Below, piece after piece: positions 30,540 through 48,230 of a DNA stretch of 64,000 nucleotides. The position numbers and the translations under genes were made by a program. The notes under the pieces were generated by a model. That model was not told the origin of the DNA. It made no database searches and saw nothing but the letters and a program-made list of their open reading frames with translations. Numbering within the stretch: the stretch's first letter is position 1; every line of letters begins with the position of its first letter. The stretch covers positions 868,001 to 932,000 of the forward strand of contig JBBPEB010000029.1 in NCBI GenBank assembly GCA_039096225.1. The letters run 5' to 3'. The DNA is from Blastocystis sp. Blastoise. Its lineage: Eukaryota; Protista; Bigyra: Opalinata.

Positions 30540-32692
30540 TACATACCTAATAGAATCAGCAAAGATGGTATTAAGAATGATATTAGAACGAGCAATAGGT
30601 TGAGAGGAACCAGCAGCTCTGAATTCGAATTTATTTTCAGTAAAAGCGAAAGGAGAAGTTCTGTTTCTATCGGTACCTCCTCTACGAATATGAGGAAGAG
30701 AAACAACACCCATATCAAGATCTAAAGAAGGTTGTTCTTCAACAGTTTTCTTTAAGAATTTATCAACAGCAGCAGAGACATCTGTACCTAAGAAACAAGA
30801 CATAATAGCAGGAGGAGCTTCATTAGCACCAAGACGATGATCATTTGAAGCACCTGCAACACAAGCTCTTAAGAGATCTCCATGCATATCTACGGAACGA
30901 ACAGCAGCAGCTATCATAATCATAAAAGGAATATTCTCTTCAGGCTTCTCACCAGGAGTAAATAAACAAGGAATTTCATCAGTACCAATAGAGAAGTTAT
31001 TATGTTTACCAGAACCATTAACACCAGCAAAAGGCTTTTCATGATATAAAACCTTTAAACCATGCTTATGAGCAGTCTATAGAACATATATTATTATTTT
31101 TATGCTATTCATAGGGTAATAATAATAATAATAATGAAAATAGATAATAATATATAATAAAAATATATAATAAAAATATATAATAATATATAATAAAAAT
31201 ATATAATAATAAAAATAATAAAATACTCTTCTTAAGATATCCATAGTAAGTAAGTTTTGATCGGTAGCTAACATAGAATTAGTATAAAGAGGAGCTACTT
31301 CATATTGTCCAGGAGCAACTTCACGATGTCTAGTGACAGTCATAATACCCACTTTCCACATTTCAATTTCAGCTTCATGAATGCAATCAATCATACGTAC
31401 AGAAAGATCTGCAAAATATTGATCATGAAGTTCTTGACCTTTAGCAGGAGCAGCACCAAATATAGTACGACCTGTTAATTGTAAATCAATACGCTTATTA
31501 TAATAATCACGATCTACTAAGAAGAATTCTTGTTCAGCACCTGTAAAGACATTCACTTCTTTTTGAGGTCTACCAATTACTTTAAAGAGTTTCTTTGTTT
31601 CGTTAGTAAGAGCATCTAAAGAACGAAGAAGAGGAATCTTCTGATCTAAAGTCTTACCAGTCCAAGATAAGAACACAGAAGGAATATATAAAGTACCACT
31701 ATAAATAATATTATTATAATGATAATTATGATTTAATAATTGAAAAATAAATAAAAATTATGATAATAAAAAAAAAATTAAAAAAAAAAAAAAATAATAA
31801 TATATTAAATAAAAATCAATAATAATAAAAGCATACCCATTACCATGTTTAACAATAACGGGATAACTATTAGGGTCCCAAACGGTATAACCACGAGCAA
31901 TATGAGTTTCACGTAAACCTCCATTAGGGAAAGAAGAAGCATCAGGTTCACCCTTAATTAATTTGCTACCTGTGAAATTAGAGACAACTTTACCATCTTG
32001 TAAGTTGAGGACTACATATATATATATATATAAGAATTATAAATTATAAGAATAAAAATATAACATATAAAATATATATATAAATGAATAAAAACAAAAA
32101 AAAAATTCAGTAACATAAATACAAAAGCAAATATATAAATAGATAAAATAAAATTAATACAAATTAATAAAAAATATATATATATTAAAAAATTCAATAA
32201 TATATACAAGCATCTTGTTTTTGGGCAGTTTGACCAGTAAGAGGTTGGAACCAGTGAGAATAATGAGTAACACCATGAGATTGAGCCCAACGCATAATAG
32301 CATGAGCAATAACATCAGCGTTCTCCTTATCGATATCACAGTCACTACACTTACGAGCCTTTTGAACAACATCATAACTAAATAAGATATTGAATAAGAG
32401 AATAGAGATCATGAAGGATAGAACATGAATAATAAAAGATAAAAAAATGAAGAAACATACGTATGCTTAGGAACAGAAGATCTTAATGCTTCATCATTAA
32501 AACAATACATGCCAAAAACATCCTCAATCTTATCACATGTCTCCATATTAATGGTTCTTCCAGTTTCAGTCATCTTAGAAGTGACATAGGATCCAGCTCT
32601 TAAGGATTGAGTGGCCATCTAAATGAACTGTGAAAGGAAATATCGAACACCATTACAGAAGGAATAGTTTTTCTTAAACAGGCTGCCAACAT
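29742..32692 (-). CDS. Glutamine synthetase type III with a putative targeting peptide in a short first exon; 6 introns
   Basis: THYSHWFQPLTG, GEPDASSFPNGGLRETHIARGYTVWDP, GAEQEFFLVD, HREVAPGQYEVAP, HEKPFAGVNGSGKHNN, RLGANEAPPAI, DRNRTSPFAFTENKFEFR, WPLPSY. An upstream exon MLAACLRKTIPS(VM) joins ATG 32618 in frame. Confidence 0.93.
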
Positions 32693-34626
32693 TGTAATTC
32701 AACAGTACAAGAAAAGTAGTTGATTCAAAAAAATGAGAATAATTCTACTTGATCACCATACTTTAAATACTAAGGCAGTTATGATAATCTCCATACAACA
32801 AATCGTTTGTCATCTCCAACGATTCTCATGACGCGACGATGTCACAACTAGGAGAACCAATCATTTATTGACAGTTAATCCTCCACAAAAAAAACGTAAT
32901 CTGAACGGTCGATGGATTAATGGTTCTTCTTTTTGAATGGTCTTTTTCTTCGTCATTTATCAGTCATTTTTCTATTAAAAATATTTCCATGAATATTTCT
33001 AATTTTATAGAGTAATCTTTGTCTTTTTTTACGACTATGAATTAGATTATTTCAGATAACTGTCTTTATTCATTACTCTTTCTAAAAAAAAGTAATTTTT
33101 TTTTCTTTTATAAGAATCAACACATCTTAGTTAGTGTATATAAATTATAGTTCGTTACTGGTAAGGTAGGAATAAAATGTTTCTCTTATAGAATTAAAAC
33201 AAAAAATCTGTGTTGAAACTAGACTCAAAACAGTAACTTTTATTGTTGTTTTTAATGACGCTTCCTATGTCTATATGTGTGATATGAAAATAAAAATATT
33301 TATGCATAGTTGCAAGAAAATTGTGTCTTATCTTAGTCATCCTTTAAGTCATTTGCTCTTCTTTATGAAAACAAAAGAATAAAAGATGTAAATATAAAAA
33401 ATATTCACGGTTATTTCTCAATACAACCTAAGGAAAACAATATATTCCTGGTTTTTATTAATGTTGTTCAAAATGATCTTTTTCGATGTGCTTCATGGAG
33501 AATCATTTGTTTTAGGTATCTCAACTTCATTTGATTGAATGAAGACATCCTTGAGGGAAAGAGAAGCAAACTCAGAATATTATGAACAAAAAAAAAAAAG
33601 AAAAAATGATTCTTTTCTTGTTTATACACAATTATGAATCTTTATAAAGTATTATCTAGAGAAAAAGAACTCAGATAAGTGATATAAATTAATTCTAAAT
33701 GAACAAAATCAATAAACTATCGTTCTCAGCAAAAAATTAAAAAAAAAACAAAACAATAACAACATATTAAAATATTAAATAATGCGTACTTTCCGTAAAA
33801 CTATAAAAAATAATATACTTATGTAACATATAAGAATATACATGAAGATATGAATAAACACGTAAAAAAAAATATATAATAATAAAGGATAGAAAGCGAA
33901 GTATAATATAGAAAAGTAATGAACATTGAAATACAGTAATATATATATTTAATAGTGACTAAGACAAACGCAAAAGGAGAGAAAAATGAATTTATATATA
34001 TAATTCTTTTTGAAAAATAAAAAGTGAAAAAAGCATATATATATAAGAAAAAAAATTAAAAAAGAGGAAAAAACAGATACATGAAATTAAAAAAAAAATG
34101 AATAAAAAAGTGTTAGGAAACTAGGTCTATATAGATATATATAGATATATGTAGAGTAATAATAGAAATAAAAAACAGCATTAGAAGTGCCTATTCAAAG
34201 TAATAATTATGAATATTAAAAAAAGTAGATAGATTTATATTTACACAGAATAATCAATAAATATATTTATACAATATATTGTTCATACTATATATATACA
34301 GAGAATATATAAGATTAAAAAATATATATAGGTTTTTCCCCTAGAGAGTGTGTATATATATAGATATATAAAAGGAAGAAAACAAGAATAGGAAAGATTC
34401 ATATAGATAAATATATAAATAAATAATATAAATATCACGGTAGAAAGATGAGTCGAATAAGAATATATAGATATATAATGAAAGAAAGAAATAGATAACA
34501 GAAAAAGTAGTAAATAAACTGTTAACTATGACATATATACAGATAGATATAAAACACAAAGATTGTAGGAGGAATGATAAATATAATTATATATATATAT
34601 AAATGCTATTCATATTAGTCGATTCT

Positions 34627-36068
<1,442 letters not shown>

Positions 36069-36412
36069 TATGTGATTGAAATTCACCTTTTTATATAATT
36101 CAAATATATTTCTTTACCTCTACAAAAATTACGGTGTAATTAAGGAAATTCCAAAGAAAAATGATGACTGTTTTTCTGTTGATTTTTGCGATTATAGAAT
36201 CGCAAATTTCAACCGAATTCACAGAGATACTTTATCAATAAACAAGATTATTTATTTTGACTTCCTTTTTAGATATTATATTTTAAAAGTCGTTATTTTT
36301 TAAATAAGAGTATCTCCTATTCTACTTTTTATTCACTATTCTATTAGTATCCTATAAGATCTTATTGAAAACAAAAAACAAATAAATATTATTGAATTCA
36401 TATCCAAAAAAA

Positions 36413-39852
<3,440 letters not shown>

Positions 39853-40210
39853 TAACCACGGGAATATTCAATACAATAAAATATTCTTTCTTCATATATA
39901 TATATATTGTAAATCAATTAGATTCTATTATTGATTCTTTATAATATATCCTATTTTATAAACTTCATTCTTCTATGTATATTATTTTGTGTTCTATTCT
40001 CTATACTTCACTGCTTTATATTATTTGAATTGACTTTTTTTCTTCTATGTAAATTCATCTAACTCTTATTCTATATATCTTTTGTTATTTTCTTTTCACA
40101 TTCTTGTTTATAAAACAACGTATATACATACTAAACAATGCAATAACAAGAAACATGGATCAATAATAATGAACATTCATAATAAATCATACAAAACAAA
40201 TATATATAAA

Positions 40211-41212
40211 TTAATTTCTATCACTAATTTTTTGTTTCAATTCTGTAATTTTTGTTTCAATTAATGATATTTCACCTAATAAACGAGCATTCTCAACTTG
40301 ACGACCTAAATAATCAATCTTATACTGTTTCTCTAACCCAACAATAATACGTTGATTCTCCGTAATTAAAGTGTTCATTTCTAAAATCTGATTGGCTAAA
40401 ACAGATCCATAATCTTTCTCTATTTTCTTACAGTATTGAGTATATTCATCTTTTTGTTTTTCTAATTTTAATACTATCGCATCCTCCTTTTCCTATATAA
40501 TATATATATAATAAAAATATTAAATAAAAAAAGTTACATAAAATAAATAAAAATAATATATAAAAAAATATACATGTAATAATTGATTATAACACTTTTG
40601 CATATTTTCCATCATTTCTTTATATTCATCAAGAGTACAGGAAGATGAACTACATGAAAAATTATGTTGACTATTCGTCATCTCTATGCGATTAATTTCT
40701 TTTTGTAACTCATCAATGAGATGACCTTGACTTTTATGTTGTACTTTTAAACCATGGCCATTATTTGTATCAGAACTAGATTCTGATGAATTTGAGATAC
40801 CATACTTCTTGGTAATAGAATCCAACTTTGATTGAAGATCATCATTTTTCTTTTCGTAATCGTGAATGCTACTAACCACATCTTCATTTCCATATTTCAA
40901 TAAATTATTCTTTCTTGTCTCATACTCCTCTTTTTTAGAATGAAGCATCGTCGAAAAATCATCACGTTCTTTTAAAATACTTTTTACTTCAGGTGGTAAA
41001 TCATCCATTTGTTCTAATTGTTTAATCGATAAAAACCTATCACCTTCCATATTCACACGATCCTTATAGATTTCACGTGTTTTCTGACACATCTCAGTTC
41101 GTTTTTGTAATAATGAATCGTGATGTTCTTGTTTTTTCTTTTCTAGAAGATCATCAAACATTCTTTTCTGCTCCTCAATCTGAGCTTGAAGTTCCTCAAT
41201 AGACTCTGACAT
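40211..41212 (-). CDS. Hypothetical coiled-coil protein; 1 intron
   Basis: A long E/K/Q-rich ORF joins through CAT|gtatat...atag|GAA to an open second exon ending TAA at 40211. Confidence 0.75.
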
Positions 41213-42321
41213 TGATTAAAATGTATATCTATAGAAATGTATCTAATTAGTAAACATTTGATATTCTTTTTAAATATTAAATATATGTTTTTAAGTATCA
41301 ACTATGTATTTAGATTGTTTTTATTATATAAATAAGTATATATATATACATTTTATATTAAATAATAAAAGAAAATAAAAGAATTAAAGATTTTGATGAA
41401 ATCTTTATTTGTATAAAACTCAACACGTGTTTTTTTGTTTGCCAAATTTGAAAACAACTTCTTTTTTAAGGAAGATATTAATTTATTTAGTTTATTAAAT
41501 ATATATGCATATCTCAATAATAAATTATTGAAATAATAGTAGATTATACAAAAAGAACAACTTCTTGTGAATCATGTCATTATAGTTGAATATTTTGAAT
41601 ATATTACGAATACGATGGTTTTATCTAAGGACATTATAATTATAAGTAAGCAGAAAACATAGGTGAGTGAGTTGTACTAAAAAATATTATAAATAACGTT
41701 AAATAGTCCAATTGAAGGTGTTATTACACATTCTTATTAAATTTGTTGGATGTATGTGATATACTATGCTAAATATAGTATTCAAAACTTTATTATGTAT
41801 TGTAGTGTTCATTTGTAAGAGATTTTCTTTCAAAATTACTTTTTTTTTCTTTTATGTCGTGACAATTCTTCTTGATTCATCTTTTAAGGATATGTAGATA
41901 CGAGCCAGACCAATAAGGAGTATTTAGTTAAATAAAAAAAGATTTAAATTATAATATTTTTTATTTATTTATCAAATTCATAATATAAACTTCGTCGAAT
42001 AACTGTTAAGAAGCGATATCCATTAATGTTGGTCTTTAAAAAAATAATATAAAAAGATTAGAAACATGTGAGTAGAATAATTTTCTATGAGCATCATAGA
42101 GAGCGAACAAAATCTTATGTTCATAACGAAAACCAAGAAAAAAAAATTAAATCAACAAAATAAATATATATAAATATAAAAAAATTCAAACCAAAACATA
42201 AAAACAATTGAATAGAATAGCAAATGCATATAGATCAATAATTACTTAATACAAACAATACAGCAAATAGTATTTTTAATGAATAAATAATGATGAATCA
42301 TGTAAAACTCATAAAGACAAC

Positions 42322-42501
42322 TTAATCGTGTTTTTGTTTATTAGGGTCTACAAATTCGTCAGTATTTTCTGGAGTAGGTACAGGAGAAGCATTGAGTTCT
42401 TCAGATTCAGGATGTTTATATCCAAATATTTCAAGAACAAAAGCAATGACTAGACCTAAAAAGGCGATCAAAATAGGCATAACACCAGTAAAATCGGCCA
42501 T
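42322..42501 (-). CDS. 59-aa single-pass membrane microprotein (below the ORF-track cutoff)
   Basis: MADFTGVMPILIAFLGLVIAFVLEIFGYKHPESEELNASPVPTPENTDEFVDPNKQKHD*; a coding-like GC island in AT-rich flanks. Confidence 0.65.
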   Translation of the reverse strand: MADFTGVMPILIAFLGLVIAFVLEIFGYKHPESEELNASPVPTPENTDEFVDPNKQKHD

Positions 42502-43111
42502 TATGATAATTCTAAAAAAGAATAGTAATAAAAATGTGTCTTTGAAAAATTAAAACAAAAAAAGAAAAAGAAAATCGAAACTCTGATTCTTCATGGATAA
42601 GGATGTAATTTTCCTGCATGATAAGTAAAATAACCGCGATTCTCTCGATCAATATGGGATATTCATTTTCAGTTCGATTAGAATAACATCAGTTTAACAG
42701 ATTCTTTTGGATTTATTTCAGTGTTATTTCAGTGCTGTATATATGAATAGAGTTTGTTTTTGTTTCCTAATATATTTAGAAATGTTTTAATGTTAATACT
42801 ATAAAGTAGATTCGTTATCTTCGTGATATAATATGCTAATTTTTCGTTCTTTATTTTATTATGTAGTATTTATTTTTGAAATATAATCCAATCAATAGAA
42901 ACTAACATTTTAATTTGTGTAGTGAATTCGTTTATTGAAAGGTTATAAAAATTTTTTTGATTAAAAAGAATAAAGTTAAATAAACAACAGGATGTGGTCA
43001 ATAGATATATAGATTATTTGTAATATAGAGTGTTTAATAATAAAAATAAGTATATGGTAAAGAACGACAATATCAAATAATTTAAGAATTAGAAAGAAAT
43101 ATAGAGTCTAT

Positions 43112-43404
43112 TTATTGAAAAGTAGCCCATTTTTGTTTTCTAGCTTCAATTTTTTTCTGTTCTTCAGGAGAAAAAGAAATCACCTTATTATTATTATTAT
43201 TCTATATAGATATAGTATTATTATTTATTGTTAAGTGATAATATGCAAAAAAATATAAATATATAAATAAATAAAATAAATAAATATAATAATTAAAATA
43301 ATAATAATAACAATAATTAAAATAAATAAATAATAATTAAAAAAAAAATAAAAAGCTAAATATAAACAAATATATACATTATTACGTCTTCTATTCATAT
43401 TACG

Positions 43405-43437
<33 letters not shown>

Positions 43438-44179
43438 TCTTTGATTTCTCTTATTATTTCTTTGATTTCTCTTATGATTTACAACTTGAGTTTTCTTTTC
43501 GTCTTCATTGAATTCAGGAATAGGAAGACCAAATTTAGCAGCTCTTTCACGTATTTTTATTTGTTCTTCACTATATTTACCAGTACCAAATTTCTTTTGT
43601 CTTGCTTCAATTTTCTTTTGTTCTTCTGTTATTTGTTCAGAAGCAACAGATTTCTTTTCTTCACGAATCTTCTCAATCATATAACTACTGGCATTAGTAC
43701 CAAATTTCTTCATACGATTTAAAATTTGATCGTTTTCAGCAGATGCGTTCATTTGAGCAGTCTGTTCAGGAGCAGCAAAAGATTCTTCAACAACCATTTG
43801 CTGAGGAACTTGCTCTTCAGGAACAACTTGTTGAGGAACTTCAACTGGATTAGCGACAACAGCAGGAGCAACAGAAACTTGAGCTACTTCAGGTTGAGCA
43901 ACAGGTGCATTATCAGTGTTTACAGTTGAAGCTGGATAAATAAATAATATTAGAAATGACAAAGAAGATGGCAAAAGAAACAAAAAGAAACATACGAGCA
44001 ACTTGATTTTCTTCAACATGGACATTTCCATTCCCATGGAGTTCTTCTTCGTCAATACAATTAATTAAACGGGTAACTAAATCACTCTTAGTACCTTTAA
44101 GATCTTGGTTTCTGCTCTTTAATTCAGACTTCAGTCTAACAATACTAAAACTATAAGGATCAATAGGTTCTCCAGGCAT
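43112..44179 (-). CDS. SARNP: SARNP/Tho1/MOS11-like SAP-domain mRNP export factor; 2 introns
   Basis: SAP domain IVRLKSELKSRNQDLKGTKSDLVTRL plus repeated R-x-x-K-F-G motifs (RMKKFG, RQKKFG, RAAKFG, RKQKWA). Confidence 0.8.
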
Positions 44180-45284
44180 CGCAATGATTATATTAAAAAA
44201 TAATAGCAAACTCTTTTTAAAAAAAATAGACTTTTGTTTTTTCTCGTTGATAGAAATAAACAGGGTAATTCACTTTTTATGGAGAGAAATATAATATTTT
44301 TATATGGTTATTGTTTGTGATGTTTTATTGTAACAATAGCAGTAGATCTGTGTTTTTATTCTTAATAAGAAATAATAAAAAGTTTTAAAGATTTATTTGA
44401 AAAGTATTGAGAGTCTGTATAACAATAAAGAATTATGTAATTGAATTGTTTGACCTATATATCCTTTGTTTAACGTTATTGATGATGGTTTCATAATAAA
44501 TAATAGAATAAATAGAATAAAATAGCAGTTAGAATGGAAATTGTTTAGATGAGAATAGTTATTTAGATAAATCATAATTCAACTTGATATTAATCACGAT
44601 AACTTATTTCAGATAGTATAGATAAAGATTATAAAGGTGTAAAAAATGTCATATGATTATTAAATTCAAGAAAAAAGGAATAGAATCTAACAATCACAAA
44701 ACCAATTTCGATATTCACTGCATTTATTGAATATAATTTTATACAATTAATTTTTAAATATAATAATTAACAATGTAGAGTTTGTTACAAAACTTTTAAA
44801 ACATATTTACAAGAAAGTTCCTAATAAAACAGTTTCAACAAATATAACAACACTCAGATTGATATTTTATATATAATATAAAGACTGTAGTGTATTTCAT
44901 GAAGTATATTAAACATTTTCATGATAAAGAATGTTCATGATACCATCCTTAGTTAAATATATATCATAATGAAGGCTATATAAATAGAATAATAACTTTA
45001 ATTCATTAAATAACATTAACTACCATGTAAATGAATGTTAAAAACAAAAGAATCAAAAATTCGGTATAGAATGGTTGATAACATTTGGGGGTAGAAAGAA
45101 GCGAGAGTTTCACGGGGATAATTTCTTTTTTCAAATCCTATGGTGTTTTCTGTAGTTTTAACATATACTATTTTAAATTATTCATTTCAAGGTATATATT
45201 GACTCTATTATACATTGCGAATAATACCTATATATCTGAGTTGTTTGTAGGATTAGTATTATTGATTTCTTTATATAGAAAAAA

Positions 45285-48230
45285 ATGAGTGGATCTCCAA
45301 GACCTCCGGAGAACGTGGATTATATTATGTCTACGAAAGATAGAATTCGTATAACGAATCGTAATCTTCTTTATGCATTATTTGCATTCTGTTCTTTCCT
45401 TCTAATCTTAATTGTCTATGTTGTTACAACTACACATAATCAAATTAAGAATAGTCAGCCTTCTCATTTCGGTACATTCCGTACAGACAGAAAAGAAGAT
45501 ATTGCAGTCATGTTTACCACTTTTTCTGAACCTCAAGTATATATATAGTTTTTTTTTAAATATATTTTTCAAAATTAATAGTCAAGTCTAATTTTAATTA
45601 TAAATATGATTTTATTTATAGGCAGAATGGCCTGATATTACAGATGTTCAACGAAATACTCTTACTTATATGTCATTGATGCCTAATGTTGTTGCCGTTT
45701 TATTCACAGATAGTGATTATTGGCTTAATGAATGTAAACATATGAAAGTCTTATGCTATAGTGATTTCCCGTATGTTTTAATTTTAATTTCATTTTATTG
45801 TAGTTTATGGATTATTATGTATATATATTTACATTATTATTATATAGTAAGAATCCTTATGGTTTACCTTTCTTATTTGGTATGTTTCAAACAGCTATAA
45901 AGAATGTTCCTGGTCGTCCTTTCTACTGTTATATTAACGGAGATATCTTAATTCAACGTACATTAACACCTACACTTCAAGATCTTCAACGTAAAATCGA
46001 GCAAGGAACTCTCTCTCCTAAAGTATATTTTTATATTATGTTTTTTATAATTATTATTATTGATATATTTATGTTTATTATTGTTATATTTATTATTATT
46101 GCTATATTTATGTTTATTATTGTTATATTTATGTTTATGTTTATTATTATTGTTATTATTATTATATATATAGGTGGCTATGTTTACTCAACGTCGTAAT
46201 TTCTATGTGGATCTTTCTGTAGATATGTATACAGACACAGGTATTGATGAGTTATTCGAAACTCAAAAGCGTAAAGCCAGAACCTATTGGGATGCTGCTA
46301 TTGTATATATTGTTATTATTATGTTTATTATTATGTTTATTATGTTTATTATTATTATTATGTTTTTATTATTATTATGTTTATTATTATTATTATGTTT
46401 TTATTATTATTATGTTTATTATTATTATTATTATATTTATTATTATGTTTATTATGTTTATTATTATGTTTATTATGTTTATTATGTTTATTATTATGTT
46501 TATTATTATATTTATTATTATGTTTATTATTTCTTTCAATTTTAGGATCTTTTTGTGTTTACTCCCTCGACTTTCAATTGGGATTTTATGCCTCGTTTTG
46601 TTATTGGTCGTGCCAAATTTGATAATTGGATTATTCAGTATGTAAGTAGAAGTGAAGAAATAGCTATGATTGATGCTACTCAAGCTGGTATATGCTATTA
46701 TTATTACTTATTTTATTCTTTATATATGTATATGAAATGATGAATTTATGATTGTTTGTATTATGGTGAATCTATATATATAGTAATGTTACTTCATCAG
46801 ACAGGAAAGAGAGGTAATCGAAGTGGTGTAAAGAAAGAAAGAGCAGGAGGTGCTGGTCCTGACCCAGGTATATATATATAGATATAGATATAGATATAGA
46901 TATTATTATTGTTATTAACCAAATTATTATTATATTAAATTATTATTTTATTATATTAATATCATTATTATTATATTAATATTATTATTATTATTAACCA
47001 AATTATTATTATACTAATGATTATAGGTAGTAATTTGGTATGGAATGATATTATAGCTGGAGCTATAGAGAAAGGATGTTGTGAAGAAATGTGGTTCTCA
47101 GAACAAGCTCATTATACTCTTATTCCTACAAATCATGGATTATGTTTAGAGAAGAAGGGATCACTGACTTATTTCGAAGATGATTATCAAGAAGATGAAA
47201 AACGAGTGTTTGCTGCTTTCACAACTCATCCTTCTAGTATATATATTGATTAATATACTTATTATACTTATCATTATTATTATTAAACTTATTATACTTA
47301 TACTTATGTTTATGTATATTATTATCTACGTATTATATATTATTATTATACTTATACTTATTATATACATATCTTAGATTGTTTGGTACTTGGTGAGGGT
47401 ACTGTGGATGGAGTTGAGAATCTATATTGTGATACTATTACCTATCTCTTCTATAGACCCGATCAATGCGCGTATATATATATATACATACTATATAATA
47501 CTATAAATATCTTATTCTATCTTCTAGTGATTCCCGTGTTCGTCTGTCTACTTGTTTCAGTAATAAGGAATATAAAGTAATTTGCTCTGCCGCTCGTCCT
47601 GATCTATATCCAGAACAATATTTAGCTCCTCTTAAATATACCAAAGAATCCTATACACATGTATTCGTATTATTAAAGAAAGCTCCTGGCCTTCTTAACT
47701 ATATATCCTTATATATACTATTATTTATATATTATTATTTATATATTATTATTTATATACTATTATTTATATACTATTATTTCTATAACATTATTTCTAT
47801 ATTATTTTTTATATACTATTATTTATATATTATTATTTATATATTATTATTTATATATTATTATTTATATATTATTATTTATATATTATTATTTATATAT
47901 TATTATTTATATATTATTATTTATATATTATTATTTATATATTATTATTTATATATTATTATTTATATACAATACTATTATTTCTATACTATACTATTTC
48001 CTTAATCAATCTACCTTCGTCGCTACATTAGTCCGAATCGTCTTAATGTACCAGGAAGTCACGCGGGAGACATGGGCGTCATCTATATGCGTCGATGGAA
48101 TCATAAAGAGACTTCGTACGGTATGACGCATGGTACGGATTTCAGTATCCTTCATCTCCTTCCTCCTCCTACACCTATGGAAGGACCTCACTTCCCTTAT
48201 TTAGGTCTAGCTGTTCTTACTTTTAACTAA
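45285..48230 (+). CDS. Type II membrane protein, putative GT-A-like glycosyltransferase; 9 introns, the last U12 AT-AC
   Basis: N-terminal TM helix; NPYGLPFL, CYINGDIL, DLFVF, FVIGRAKFDNWII, IDAT...LHQ motifs. The function is inferred. Confidence 0.65.
47703..48014 (+). other. U12-type AT-AC intron (glycosyltransferase-like gene)
   Basis: AAC TAT|ATATCCTT...TTTCCTTAAT CAATCTAC|CTT CGT; canonical U12 donor and branch point, with an open last exon. Confidence 0.92.
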
